Shown one piece after another: positions 1-9,916 of a stretch of 32,000 nt of DNA. Location of the stretch: positions 1,290,001-1,322,000 of the forward strand of contig NC_015931.1 in assembly GCF_000223395.1 (NCBI RefSeq), given 5' to 3'. Made by a program: the position numbers and the translations under genes. The DNA is from Pyrolobus fumarii 1A (GTDB taxonomy: Archaea > Thermoproteota > Thermoprotei_A > Sulfolobales > Pyrodictiaceae). Within the stretch, counting starts at the first letter, position 1. Every line of letters starts with the position of its first letter. The notes below the pieces were generated by a model. The model had not been told where the DNA came from. It saw nothing but the letters and a program-made list of their open reading frames with translations, and did no database searches.

Positions 1-225
<225 letters not shown>

Positions 226-282
226 CCAGGCACAGGCTAACCTTCTAACCTAGCGTGTCTACAGGTAACCTGGTAGACTTTC

Positions 283-1575
283 TTGCCCGGCAAGCGCAGC
301 CTCAAGCTATACGAGGAGGCTAGACAGCTCTTCCCGGGCGGCGTTAACAGCCCGGTACGTGCGGCCGTCAAGCCATACCCGTTCTATGTTGAGCGCGGCG
401 AAGGACCCTACATATTCACGGTTGACGGCGAGAAACTCATAGACTATGTGCTCGCCTACGGCCCTCTGATCCTAGGCCATCGCCACCCACGTGTAAAGGC
501 TGCTGTTGAGGAGCAACTAGAGAAGGGGTGGCTCTACGGCGCGCCCTACGAGCCCGAGATAGAGCTCGCCAAGAAGATACTCTGGTACTACATGCCAGGC
601 GGTATGATACGCTTCGTCAACAGCGGCACAGAGGCCACAATGCTCGCCATCCGCCTGGCTAGAGGCTACACGAGACGCAAGTACATAGTCAAGTTTGAGG
701 GCTGCTATCACGGCGCTCACGACTATGTACTGGTTGGCGCTGGTAGCGCTGCAGCAGAGTACGGCATCCCTGCAAGCGAGGGTGTACCCGAGGAGGTGGC
801 TAGACTCACGCTCATAGCCAAGTACAACGATATCGACACTGTGGAGAAGATAATGAAGAAGCATGGTGACCAAGTAGCCGCCATAATAGTGGAGCCCGTT
901 GTCGGCAATGCGGGTTTGATACTGCCCCGCGATGGCTTCCTACGCGAGCTACGCAGGATAGCTGATGAGCACGGCGCCCTCCTGATATTCGACGAGGTGA
1001 TAACTGGGTTTAGGCTTGGGCTGCGCGGCGCTCAGGAGTACTTCGGTGTTAAGGCTGATATTGTGACTCTCGGCAAGATTGTTGGTGGTGGGTTCCCAGT
1101 TGGCGCCGTAGCAGCACGCCGCGAGATAATGGAGATGGTGACGCCGGTCGGTAAGGTGTTCAACGCTGGCACTTTTAACGCACACCCAGTCACAATGATT
1201 GCTGGCCTCGAGACTATCAGGGTACTGGAGGAGACGAACCCGTATCCCGCCATGAGGGAGGCTGCTAAGCGCATAGCAGATACGCTCCTGGACGCCGCGG
1301 GAAGGAACGGGTTCGACGTTACAGTGAACCACATCGAGAGTATGGTGCAGGTCTTCTTCAAGCCTGGCGGTGTGTGGAGCTACGACGACGCTAAGCAGAG
1401 CAACCGCAAGCTCTACGACAAGCTGCACGAGATACTCTTGAGGAAGGGTGTGTTCATACCACCTAGCCAGATGGAGACGTGGTTCCTAAGCGCAGTCCAC
1501 ACCCGCGAGGTTATCGACGATACCCTATCTGCTATTGAGGATGCGTTCCGCGAGTTGAGAGGTGCTGGTGTGTGA
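283..1575 (+). CDS. hemL: glutamate-1-semialdehyde 2,1-aminomutase
   Basis: 430-aa ORF with a TTG start. It has the GGVNSPVRA motif and the class-III aminotransferase PLP-lysine context DIVTLGKIVGGGFPVGA. Its stop overlaps the hemC start (GTGA). Confidence 0.95.
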   Translation: MPGKRSLKLYEEARQLFPGGVNSPVRAAVKPYPFYVERGEGPYIFTVDGEKLIDYVLAYGPLILGHRHPRVKAAVEEQLEKGWLYGAPYEPEIELAKKILWYYMPGGMIRFVNSGTEATMLAIRLARGYTRRKYIVKFEGCYHGAHDYVLVGAGSAAAEYGIPASEGVPEEVARLTLIAKYNDIDTVEKIMKKHGDQVAAIIVEPVVGNAGLILPRDGFLRELRRIADEHGALLIFDEVITGFRLGLRGAQEYFGVKADIVTLGKIVGGGFPVGAVAARREIMEMVTPVGKVFNAGTFNAHPVTMIAGLETIRVLEETNPYPAMREAAKRIADTLLDAAGRNGFDVTVNHIESMVQVFFKPGGVWSYDDAKQSNRKLYDKLHEILLRKGVFIPPSQMETWFLSAVHTREVIDDTLSAIEDAFRELRGAGV

Positions 1576-2507
1576 AGCTCCGGGTAGCAGCTAGGGGCAG
1601 CAAGCTGAGCCTTATACAAGTGAAGCTCGCGATGGACTGGTTTAGGAGGAGCATACCCGACTTGGACTACGAGGTCGTTATTGTAAAGACGCGCGGAGAC
1701 ATACACCAGGACAAACCATTCCACATGATTGGCGGGAAGGGCGTTTTCGAGAAGGAGGTTAACCTCGCCGTTCTTGACGGTAGGGCGGACGTAGCCGTCC
1801 ATAGCCTCAAGGACGTGCCCAGCATGGTAGACCCGCGCCTTGTACTGGCAGGCGTACCACCCCGCGATCCTCCATATGACGTCCTCGTCGTGAGAGACGG
1901 GTACGAACCTAACCTGGAAGCGCTACCCAAAGGCGCTGTTGTGGGTACGGCGAGTGCACGTAGAAGAGCAGCTATCCTCCACGTGAGACCAGATCTTCGC
2001 GTAGAGGTGCTCAGAGGCAACGTGGACACAAGGCTGCGTAAGCTTGTGTCTGGGATGTACGATGCAATCATACTAGCCGAGGCTGGGCTAAAGAGGCTGT
2101 GGGATGAGCTACCCGAGGAGCTACGCTCTAGTATAAGCTATGCTAGGCTTGATCCGCGTCTCGTACCACCAGCACCAGCCCAGGGCATCATAGGCGTCTA
2201 TACCCTTGCAGAGCGCAAGGATCTCGTAGAGGCTTTGAGAAAAGCCTCTGATGAGAAGGCTCTCGTGGAGGCGAGAGCGGAGAGAGCCTTCCTATCCGTG
2301 TTTGGCGGAGGCTGTCACGTCCCCGTTGGTGTTCTCGCCAGACTGGAGGGTGACACGTTGGGATTGATTGCTGTCCTCTACTCGCAGGATGGGTCTAAGC
2401 GCGTCGAGGTTAGCGCCGAGGGTGACGCGTCTAACCCCGAGCTTGTCGGTATACAAGCTGCTCTCGAGCTCCGCAAGAGAGCCGTTGAAGAGGGGATGAT
2501 TGCGTGA
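1572..2507 (+). CDS. hemC: hydroxymethylbilane synthase (porphobilinogen deaminase)
   Basis: 311 aa. It has the N-terminal RVAARGSKLSLIQ motif and the dipyrromethane-cofactor cysteine context FGGGCHVPVG. GTGA overlaps occur at both gene junctions. Confidence 0.95.
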   Translation: MKLRVAARGSKLSLIQVKLAMDWFRRSIPDLDYEVVIVKTRGDIHQDKPFHMIGGKGVFEKEVNLAVLDGRADVAVHSLKDVPSMVDPRLVLAGVPPRDPPYDVLVVRDGYEPNLEALPKGAVVGTASARRRAAILHVRPDLRVEVLRGNVDTRLRKLVSGMYDAIILAEAGLKRLWDELPEELRSSISYARLDPRLVPPAPAQGIIGVYTLAERKDLVEALRKASDEKALVEARAERAFLSVFGGGCHVPVGVLARLEGDTLGLIAVLYSQDGSKRVEVSAEGDASNPELVGIQAALELRKRAVEEGMIA

Positions 2508-3247
2508 AGAGGGGAAAGGTTTGGATTGTTGGAGCTGGGCCCGGCGATCCCGAGCTTATAACAGTTAAGGGTTTGAGGCTGATACGCGAAGCGGACGTCA
2601 TAGTGTATGATAGGCTTGTTCATCCTGCCTTGCTTCGCGAGGCTAGGAGCGATGCCGAGCTTATCTATGTTGGTAAGGCGCCAGGCCGCCATACCATGAC
2701 GCAGGATGAGATCAACAAGCTTCTTGTGGAGAAGGCGTTAGAGGGCAAGATGGTTGTGAGGCTCAAGGGAGGCGATCCTTACGTCTTTGGGCGCGGCGAA
2801 GAGGAGTGCGCCTATGTGATAGAGCATGGTGTCGAGTGTGAGGTTGTACCTGGGGTGAGTAGTGCTGTCGCCGTACCCGCCTATGCGGGCATACCCGTCA
2901 CGTCTAGATGGTGCGCATCAAGCTTCGCAGTGGTTACGGGTATGGAAGCTGCTGAGAAGGAAAAGCCCAGGGTGGACTATGCTAGGATAGCAGCCGCTGT
3001 GGACACCATTGTCGTGCTGATGGGCGTTTCTAGGCTCGAGGAGATAACTAGGAGCATGCTTAGAGGGCGAGCTGGCGATACACCAGCTGCCGTGATAGAG
3101 CGTGGCACATTGCCAGAGCAGCGTGTAGTTGTTGGCACGCTCGCCGACATTGCTAGTAAGGCACGCGAGGCTGGCATACAGCCTCCTGCCGTGCTTGTTG
3201 TGGGGGAAGTTGTTAGGCTGAGAGATAGGCTCTGGAAGCTGAGGTAA
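2504..3247 (+). CDS. cobA: uroporphyrinogen-III C-methyltransferase (SUMT)
   Basis: 247 aa with the tetrapyrrole methylase motifs VWIVGAGPGDPELITVKG and RLKGGDPYVFGRGEEE. Confidence 0.93.
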   Translation: MKRGKVWIVGAGPGDPELITVKGLRLIREADVIVYDRLVHPALLREARSDAELIYVGKAPGRHTMTQDEINKLLVEKALEGKMVVRLKGGDPYVFGRGEEECAYVIEHGVECEVVPGVSSAVAVPAYAGIPVTSRWCASSFAVVTGMEAAEKEKPRVDYARIAAAVDTIVVLMGVSRLEEITRSMLRGRAGDTPAAVIERGTLPEQRVVVGTLADIASKAREAGIQPPAVLVVGEVVRLRDRLWKLR

Positions 3248-3254
3248 AGGGAGC

Positions 3255-3977
3255 TTGAACTGCAAGGTACACGTTCTCTTACTGCGTCCGGCTGACGAGC
3301 CGCCACCAAAGAGGTTTGACGAGAGGCTTGTAATCTCTCACATTCCTCTCCTCGACTGGGAGGTTATCGAAGACAGCGTTGAGAAGCTAAAGGAGCTGCT
3401 GAAGGATGTGGAGTGGCTCGTCTATACGAGTTTCCGAGGTGTCAGAGCCACTTCAAAGCTTGCGGGGCTTATCCGCGAGCACGTAGCTAAGGGTAAGCTG
3501 CGATTAGCTGCTGTTGGCCCGCGGACCGCCGAGGAGGTTAAGAGCGTTATAGGTGTAGAGCCGGACCTCGTGCCACGTGAATACCGCGGTGCTGTTCTCG
3601 CGGAGGAGCTTCTCGATGCCGGCGCACATCGTGTACTGTTCGCACGCTCTGAGAAGGGTCTACCGGAGCCCGTGGAAGTACTTAGACAACACGGTGTAAT
3701 CGTCTATGATGTGCCCGTGTACCGGATGGTCGTATTGGAGCGCATGGTCGAGGCTGCTGTAAGGGCCGCACCCCTGTACGACTATGTTGTCTTCACGAGC
3801 CCGAGCATAGTTGAGGCGTTTACATCTAAGTGGCGTGGTGACACACTTAGAGCCGTGGCCATTGGGCCCACCACCGCTGCTAGGCTGAGGAAAGCGGGTA
3901 TCGAACCGCTCCTAGTACCTCGCGAGTATACGCTAGAGGCGCTTCTTCGTGAGATACTCTCGGCTTCTTGTGGATGA
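3255..3977 (+). CDS. hemD: uroporphyrinogen-III synthase
   Basis: 240 aa with a HEM4-like two-lobe pattern (LLLRP, VYTSFRGV, AAVGPRTAEEV, VVFTSPSIVEAF, AVAIGPTTAARLRKAGI). The family is weakly conserved, so the call rests partly on operon context. Confidence 0.78.
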   Translation: MNCKVHVLLLRPADEPPPKRFDERLVISHIPLLDWEVIEDSVEKLKELLKDVEWLVYTSFRGVRATSKLAGLIREHVAKGKLRLAAVGPRTAEEVKSVIGVEPDLVPREYRGAVLAEELLDAGAHRVLFARSEKGLPEPVEVLRQHGVIVYDVPVYRMVVLERMVEAAVRAAPLYDYVVFTSPSIVEAFTSKWRGDTLRAVAIGPTTAARLRKAGIEPLLVPREYTLEALLREILSASCG

Positions 3978-4615
3978 GGATAGCCCCCGGGGTGTTTTAT
4001 AGGGTTGGAGTGATGGTTGGGCCGCGGGGTTCCGGGATGCCCGTTAGAGTATCGCTCTTGGATCTCGCGAAGTCGCCCAGGGAGGTTGTTGAGAAGCTGA
4101 GAGGGCTGCCCGACAAGGAACTCGTAGAGTACGTTGTGTATGCATTGCCTCGCCGCGTACTGAGATACATGACTACTAGCCAGAGGTGGCACGTAACCAC
4201 CCAAGGTCAGCTAGATAGACTCGAGTTCGCCCTACTATACACGGCTATCGAGGCTGGAGGCCCATTTGCTTTCAGGACGTTCGCCGAGAGGAGTGGCGAC
4301 TTCCGTGCTGCTGCTGCGTACGCATGGATGCTGATAGGCGAGGGGATACTCAAGCCCGTTGAAGGCGATCATGTTGCACTCCTAACAGCATCGATACTAA
4401 GGAGCAAGGGTGGCTATTGGAGGCTCTCCAAGAAGCTAGATGCTATCAAGCTGGAGCTTGTATGGGATGCAGTGGCGAAGCTGGACAACGAGGCACTAAC
4501 CTGCGTCAAGCTACCCTCCAGGATAGGCTGCAAGTACATGACCGCTAGAGTACCAAGAGAGCAGGCCAAGGTACAGGCGAAAGTGCTCAACGCATTCTAC
4601 GCCCAACAGAAGTAA
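3968..4615 (+). CDS. hypothetical protein, last gene of the tetrapyrrole operon
   Basis: 215-aa ORF overlapping the hemD stop by 10 nt, with ordinary amino-acid composition and no motif I recognise. The start is uncertain: in-frame ATGs at 4013 and 4037, with a TTTATAGG TATA-like element near 3996-4003 that would favour 4037. Confidence 0.6.
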   Translation: MWMRIAPGVFYRVGVMVGPRGSGMPVRVSLLDLAKSPREVVEKLRGLPDKELVEYVVYALPRRVLRYMTTSQRWHVTTQGQLDRLEFALLYTAIEAGGPFAFRTFAERSGDFRAAAAYAWMLIGEGILKPVEGDHVALLTASILRSKGGYWRLSKKLDAIKLELVWDAVAKLDNEALTCVKLPSRIGCKYMTARVPREQAKVQAKVLNAFYAQQK

Positions 4616-4857
4616 CCACACCACAGACGAAATTGATTTTAAGAGTTTGAAGATGCGCCACACATTACACCTGCCACCCAAACATGGTGGGTGAACACCT
4701 CCGTTCACGATACTCCATGCACATCTCCACCACGATATTACTATACTAGGATCTATACCCTCTTGCCCGTGGATATGCCCGTTGCAGGAGCGCCCCCGTT
4801 ACGACAACGCGCACGACTTTAATGTTAGGAGCCTAGTTACGCAGTCTACATTCCTAT

Positions 4858-4886
4858 TGTAGCAGGGTTTGCCCGTGTCTGCTACA
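4858..4886. other. 8-bp perfect stem-loop (TGTAGCAG / CTGCTACA, 13-nt loop) in a long intergenic region
   Basis: Read directly: tgtagcag at 4858-4865 and ctgctaca at 4879-4886. A second hairpin, GTGAAC-acctcc-GTTCAC, lies at 4691-4708. Confidence 0.4.
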
Positions 4887-5048
4887 CATGCCTATAGGCT
4901 CTCGAAATCATTGATAATGCCAGGTTTATCACCTGCTTTACACTGTTCTTGCTGATAGGGCTGTGAGGACCTAGACGGGGGCTGACGAGGTGATGTAGAC
5001 TCTGGTCGCCGAGCCCTCCCAACTCCTAAAAATCTAGGCCATTGTAGA

Positions 5049-5498
5049 ATGTTGATGGTGGCAGTTTTGGTCTACCGCAGGCGCCGTATAGCTCTTCGTG
5101 TATCGGACTTGATGAGTACTCCTCCGGTTACAGTTCACCGGGATGTTAGTATCGAAGAGGCTGCTAGGAAGATGTACGAGAATAGGATTGGTAGCGTGCT
5201 TGTTGTGGACGAGGAGGGTAAGCTTGTGGGTATTGTGACTGAGCGTGATATTCTCTATGCGGTTGTGAAGGGTAAGGTGGGTAGGGGGCTGCCCGTCTGG
5301 GATATTATGACTGACAACCCGATCACAGCTAAGCCTGACGAGCCGTTAATAGAGGCTATCGAGAGGATGCGCGAGGCTAACGTGAGGCATCTACCAGTGG
5401 TTGACGAGGAGGGCAAGCCCGTCGGCATGCTCTCCCTTCGCGATGTAGTGGATTACCTCCTCACGCTCCTACATCTCCTCGGCGGGGAGAGGCACTAG
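5049..5498 (+). CDS. CBS-domain pair protein
   Basis: 149 aa. It shows tandem CBS signatures: VSDLMSTPPVTVHRDVSIEEAARKM...IGSVLVVDEEGKLVGIVTERDIL, then VWDIMTDNPITAKPDEPLIEAIERM...VRHLPVVDEEGKPVGMLSLRDVV. The start could be 5049 or 5055. Confidence 0.85.
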   Translation: MLMVAVLVYRRRRIALRVSDLMSTPPVTVHRDVSIEEAARKMYENRIGSVLVVDEEGKLVGIVTERDILYAVVKGKVGRGLPVWDIMTDNPITAKPDEPLIEAIERMREANVRHLPVVDEEGKPVGMLSLRDVVDYLLTLLHLLGGERH

Positions 5499-5549
5499 AC
5501 CAGTCTATAACCCCCCGTGTTTTGTGGGCCTCGGGGCTAGTAGCTGGCC

Positions 5550-6215
5550 TTGCCACGCGTGGCTATCGTGAAGTTCCCTGGTACTAACTGTGAGAGGGAG
5601 ACCCTAGAAGCTGTGCGTAGAGTAGCGAGGCTAGACGCGCTTATCGTGCGTCACGACGAGTTTGATTGGAGGGCTTGGGATGCCCTCATAATACCTGGTG
5701 GGTTTAGTTATGGTGACTACGTGCGCGCAGGGGTTATGGCGACATGGAGCAAGTTCTCTGAGGCTCTCCGCGAGGGTGTCGAGAATGGCCTACCTGTTCT
5801 CGGTATTTGCAACGGGTTCCAGGTTTTGACAGAGGCTGGTGTGCTGCCTGGCGTCCTCCTTCCGAATGAGTGCGGCTGTTTCGTCGCGAGGTGGGTGAGG
5901 CTACGTATAGCCGAGCCCAAGGGCCCATGGCTAGGCGGCTATGAGGATGGAGAGATTGTCTGGATGCCCGTTGCTCATGGTGAGGGTCGCTGGTGGGGCT
6001 TGGAGGAGCCGCGGGGACCCAGCTTACGCTATGTTGACAACCCAAACGGCTCTAGGTGGGACATTGCTGGTGTATCGGTGCGAGACGGTCAGGTTGTCGG
6101 CATGATGCCTCACCCGGAGAGGGCTGCTTTCCCCTGGCAGGCTCCAGCGGGGAGGAACCCCGGCGGCCTCAAGCTCTTCGAGTGGCTCGGTAAGGCTCTG
6201 CGAGCGGGGTGGTAG
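5550..6215 (+). CDS. purQ: phosphoribosylformylglycinamidine synthase, glutaminase subunit
   Basis: 221 aa. It has N-terminal VAIVKFPGTNCERE, the nucleophile cysteine context LGICNGFQ, and the HPE motif (MMPHPERA). Confidence 0.93.
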   Translation: MPRVAIVKFPGTNCERETLEAVRRVARLDALIVRHDEFDWRAWDALIIPGGFSYGDYVRAGVMATWSKFSEALREGVENGLPVLGICNGFQVLTEAGVLPGVLLPNECGCFVARWVRLRIAEPKGPWLGGYEDGEIVWMPVAHGEGRWWGLEEPRGPSLRYVDNPNGSRWDIAGVSVRDGQVVGMMPHPERAAFPWQAPAGRNPGGLKLFEWLGKALRAGW

Positions 6216-6221
6216 CGAAGT

Positions 6222-8432
6222 ATGCCCCTTAGCCGCGAGGAGTTGGAGTATGCCCGGAAGCTGTTAGGACGGGAGCCCACTAGAGCCGAGCTGATAGTGC
6301 TCGAAGCTGTTTGGAGTGAGCACTGTAGCTACAAGAGCTCTAGGCGCTGGCTGAGACTCCTCCCAAGCGAAGGCCGTGATGTCGTGCTGGGTCCGGGTAG
6401 GGACGCTGCCGTAGTCAAGGCATGGGACGACCTCTATATCGCCTTTCGCATCGAGAGTCACAACCATCCTTCTGCGGTCGACCCTTACAATGGCGCCGCC
6501 ACTGGCGTCGGTGGGATAGTACGAGACATTCTCAGCGTTGGGGCTAAACCAATTGCACTTCTCGACATACTCTATCTCGGGGAGCCAGGCGTCGAGAGAA
6601 GCGACTGGCTTGCAAAGGGTATAGTGAGGGGTATCAGCGACTATGGCAACCGTATAGGCGTGCCGACCGTAGCTGGTGAGACCTGGAGATTACCCTGGTA
6701 CAACAAGTATCCTCTCGTCAACGTAGCATGCGTCGGTATACTCGAGCCACGCGAGTTGCTACCGGGGCGCGTCGAGCCCGGCGACCCGATAGTAATTGTT
6801 GGTAGCGCTACCGGTCGCGATGGCCTGCTGGGCAGCAGTTTCGCCTCAAAACCGCTCGAGGAGGATATTGCAGCCGTCCAGGTCGGGAACCCGTTCATCG
6901 AGAAACTGCTCATAGACGCGGTGAGAGACGCGGTTGAGCATGGGCTTGTGAAACACGTAAAGGATCTCGGCGGAGGTGGCATCTCGGTCGCGATTGGCGA
7001 AACCGCCTATGATAACGGGGTTGGCGCCGAGGTGCATCTCGATAAGTTGCATCTCCGAGAGCCCGACATGACACCCGAAGAGATACTCGCTTCTGAGAGT
7101 CAGGAGAGGATGCTCCTAGTGCCGCATAGGGGCGAGCTAGGAAGGCTACTGAAGCTTCTCGAGTCGTATGGTCTCGAGTATTCTGTTATCGGGGAGTTTA
7201 GCGGGGAGAAGCGCATCCGCTTCCTCTACCGTGGCGATACTATAGTGGATCTTCCGCTGGAGGCGTTCCGTGGGCCCCCGGAGCCGCCCAGGGAGTCTAG
7301 ACAGCCGAGTAGCTTGCCCGATACTAGGCTCGTTAGGCTACCAGAGCCCAGCGACTACCGTGACGTGTTTCTCAAGGTACTCTCCTCGCCTAATGTTGGC
7401 TCGAGAAGATGGGTGTATGAGAGGTACGATTGGGGCGTTCAGGGTAGGGCAGTGCTCCCGCCAGGACATGGAGACGCTGCTGTACTTTGGGTTTACGAGG
7501 CTGACGGCTACCGTGGCATAGCCGTCTCGGGCGACGGTAACCCGAGGTACACGAGAGTCGATCCGTATCGTGGTGCCGCGCTTGCACTAGAGGAGGCCTA
7601 TCGTAACGTCGTCACCGTAGGCGCCGCACCCATAGCAGCCGTTGATAACATCAACGCTGGTAACCCAGAGAAGCCCGAGCAATACTGGTTCTTCGAGCAG
7701 ATGGTGCGCGGCTTAGCCTGGGCAGCTAGAGAGCTAGGCACACCTATCGTCGGCGGCAACGTCAGCCTGTACAATGAAGACCCCGAGACTGGAATGGTGA
7801 ACCCTGTAACCTCCATAGTGGTCGTTGGCAGGGTGGAGGATGTGCGGAGAGTGTATGGGCTAGCACCCCGCGAGAAACTGGAGAGATACACACTGCTCCT
7901 TGTGGGTGCTGACACGCTCCCCGAGCTGGGCGCCAGCGAGTACCTACACGTGGTGCACGGTAGGGTCGAGGGAGCACCACCTGAACCACGTCCATCCGTA
8001 GAGAGGCTTCTGGCTAACTACATGTCTAGGCTCTCGGCTCTACTCGCTAAGCTCAGCGAGGACGACAACATAGACTATACAGCATATGCCGCCGCACATG
8101 ACGTGTCGAATGGCGGGTTGGCTGTAGCTGCCACTGAGATGGCGCTAGCAGCCAACATGGGTTTTGAGCTCGAGCTGGACAAGGTGCCTTCGAGGGGCTG
8201 TAGAGGTGCCCACGAGATACTCTTCTCTGAGACACAGGCGAGGCTACTGCTTGCGCTACACCCGGATGCCGCTAGTGCCGCCGCCAAGCTTGCTAGGGAG
8301 CTAGGGCTGAGAGCTAGCATTGTAGGAGCACTTCTTGACACAGGGATAGTGAGGGTCACGCTGAGCGGCAAGACTCTGGTAGAGGTTGACGTTGATAACG
8401 TGAGGGGCGTGTATGGTGAGGGGCGAGTGTGA
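6222..8432 (+). CDS. purL: phosphoribosylformylglycinamidine synthase subunit II
   Basis: 736 aa with SEHCSYKSS and ESHNHPSAVDPY motifs, AIR-synthase-like repeats, and a position immediately after purQ. Confidence 0.95.
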   Translation: MPLSREELEYARKLLGREPTRAELIVLEAVWSEHCSYKSSRRWLRLLPSEGRDVVLGPGRDAAVVKAWDDLYIAFRIESHNHPSAVDPYNGAATGVGGIVRDILSVGAKPIALLDILYLGEPGVERSDWLAKGIVRGISDYGNRIGVPTVAGETWRLPWYNKYPLVNVACVGILEPRELLPGRVEPGDPIVIVGSATGRDGLLGSSFASKPLEEDIAAVQVGNPFIEKLLIDAVRDAVEHGLVKHVKDLGGGGISVAIGETAYDNGVGAEVHLDKLHLREPDMTPEEILASESQERMLLVPHRGELGRLLKLLESYGLEYSVIGEFSGEKRIRFLYRGDTIVDLPLEAFRGPPEPPRESRQPSSLPDTRLVRLPEPSDYRDVFLKVLSSPNVGSRRWVYERYDWGVQGRAVLPPGHGDAAVLWVYEADGYRGIAVSGDGNPRYTRVDPYRGAALALEEAYRNVVTVGAAPIAAVDNINAGNPEKPEQYWFFEQMVRGLAWAARELGTPIVGGNVSLYNEDPETGMVNPVTSIVVVGRVEDVRRVYGLAPREKLERYTLLLVGADTLPELGASEYLHVVHGRVEGAPPEPRPSVERLLANYMSRLSALLAKLSEDDNIDYTAYAAAHDVSNGGLAVAATEMALAANMGFELELDKVPSRGCRGAHEILFSETQARLLLALHPDAASAAAKLARELGLRASIVGALLDTGIVRVTLSGKTLVEVDVDNVRGVYGEGRV

Positions 8433-8477
8433 TACCCTCCCCCGCTTCTTCGCTGCAACGTGAGGGTTTGAGGAGGG

Positions 8478-9818
8478 TTGTGCGGCATTGCCGCTTATCT
8501 TGGCGAGGGCGCTGCTCGGGTCGTATACGAGCTTCTTGTGGAACTCCAACACCGCGGCCACGAAGCCGCGGGCATAGCGTACCTATCTGGACGCTCATTC
8601 ATACTTGAGGGCGGTTTCGGCCTCGTATACGAGGCTATTAAATCACACCGTCTTCCTAGCTCTACAAGGCTCGCTGTAGGTCATGTTAGGTACTCTACGA
8701 GTGGCCCCTACGGGTCACTATACCAACCCCTCATCGTAAACGTCGATGGAGTGGAACTCGCAGTGGCTTTTAACGGCAACATCGTGAATTACAAGAGTGC
8801 TGCCCGGGAGGTTCTCGGAAGACTGGAGGTTGACTGGGATGCATGGGTGCTCGCCGCCATCCTCGCACATTATTACCGCGATGAGGGTAACTTAGCCGAC
8901 GCTGCGAGGAGGACGGCAGAAGTGCTACGGGGGAGCTACGCGCTGGTCGCAGCAACTACCCGTGGAGAGCTACTAGCTGCTAGGGATCCTCACGGTATAC
9001 GCCCACTGGCCTTTAGTATAGGCAATGGTTATGCAGCCGTTGCCTCCGAGACAGCAGCCCTCGAGGCTCTTGGGCTAGAGTGGCGTGAATTGGGTAGAGC
9101 CCAGCTACTCTACTGCCAAGGTACACACTGCAGTATTGAGCCCCTGGCGCCGCGCGCCGACCCCCAACCATGCATATTCGAGTATGTCTACTTCTCTAGG
9201 CCCGACAGCATATTCGAGGGTGCCGAGGTCTACAAGACTAGAGTTGAGATGGGTAGACTGCTAGCTCGCATCGACGACACCCACGTTGATGTTGTGGCGC
9301 CGGTGCCTGATAGCGGAAGAGCTGCCGCCACTGGCTATGCTCTCGAGAAGGGCGTGCCGCTGGTGGAAGTGCTATACCCGAATCGGTTCCGCGGCCGTTC
9401 GTTCATCCTACCGCCTAGCCTGAGAGGAAGTCACGTGGCGCGTAAGTATGGTGTCTTGCGTAGCGCGGTGAGAGGTAGGAGGATAGCCCTAGTGGATGAT
9501 AGCATCGTGCGAGGCTCGACAGCCTCAAGGATAACAAGTCTTCTTAAGGGCAGCGGTGCGCTAGAGGTGCATTTTCGCAGCGCTAGCCCGCCGGTCGTCT
9601 GTCCTTGCGTACTTGGCATAGACTTTCCGAGACCTACTGAACTAGTAGCGCGGAACAAGAGCGTTGAAGAGATACGTGATATCATAGGCGCGGATACCCT
9701 CCTTTACAATACGATTGAGAACCTTACCCGCGCTGTAGGTAGACCCGCGTGCACCGCGTGCTTCACATGCGTGTATCCGAGTCTAGTACGCAAGTATGTA
9801 AGCGAGTTCAGACGCTAA
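8478..9818 (+). CDS. purF: amidophosphoribosyltransferase
   Basis: 446 aa. A TTG start preceded by GAGGAGGG is followed at once by the Ntn-nucleophile Cys (M-CGIAAY). It has the PRPP loop IALVDDSIVRGST and C-terminal Cys ligands (CVLGIDFP, CTACFTC). Confidence 0.95.
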   Translation: MCGIAAYLGEGAARVVYELLVELQHRGHEAAGIAYLSGRSFILEGGFGLVYEAIKSHRLPSSTRLAVGHVRYSTSGPYGSLYQPLIVNVDGVELAVAFNGNIVNYKSAAREVLGRLEVDWDAWVLAAILAHYYRDEGNLADAARRTAEVLRGSYALVAATTRGELLAARDPHGIRPLAFSIGNGYAAVASETAALEALGLEWRELGRAQLLYCQGTHCSIEPLAPRADPQPCIFEYVYFSRPDSIFEGAEVYKTRVEMGRLLARIDDTHVDVVAPVPDSGRAAATGYALEKGVPLVEVLYPNRFRGRSFILPPSLRGSHVARKYGVLRSAVRGRRIALVDDSIVRGSTASRITSLLKGSGALEVHFRSASPPVVCPCVLGIDFPRPTELVARNKSVEEIRDIIGADTLLYNTIENLTRAVGRPACTACFTCVYPSLVRKYVSEFRR

Positions 9819-9916
9819 CCGCTGGCCCCGGCTATCCTGGGTTGTGGACGGGGGCCTAACTAGCACTGGAATTTTGCACTCGGGCGTGTTCCTCACACTC
9901 CCGGGTAGACTGTGGA

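Noticed and set aside
5499-5549. Missing purS next to purQ-purL
   Set aside because: The 51-nt gap cannot hold a gene of about 80 aa, and the upstream gene is a CBS protein. purS is often encoded elsewhere, so its absence from this window is not evidence of anything unusual.
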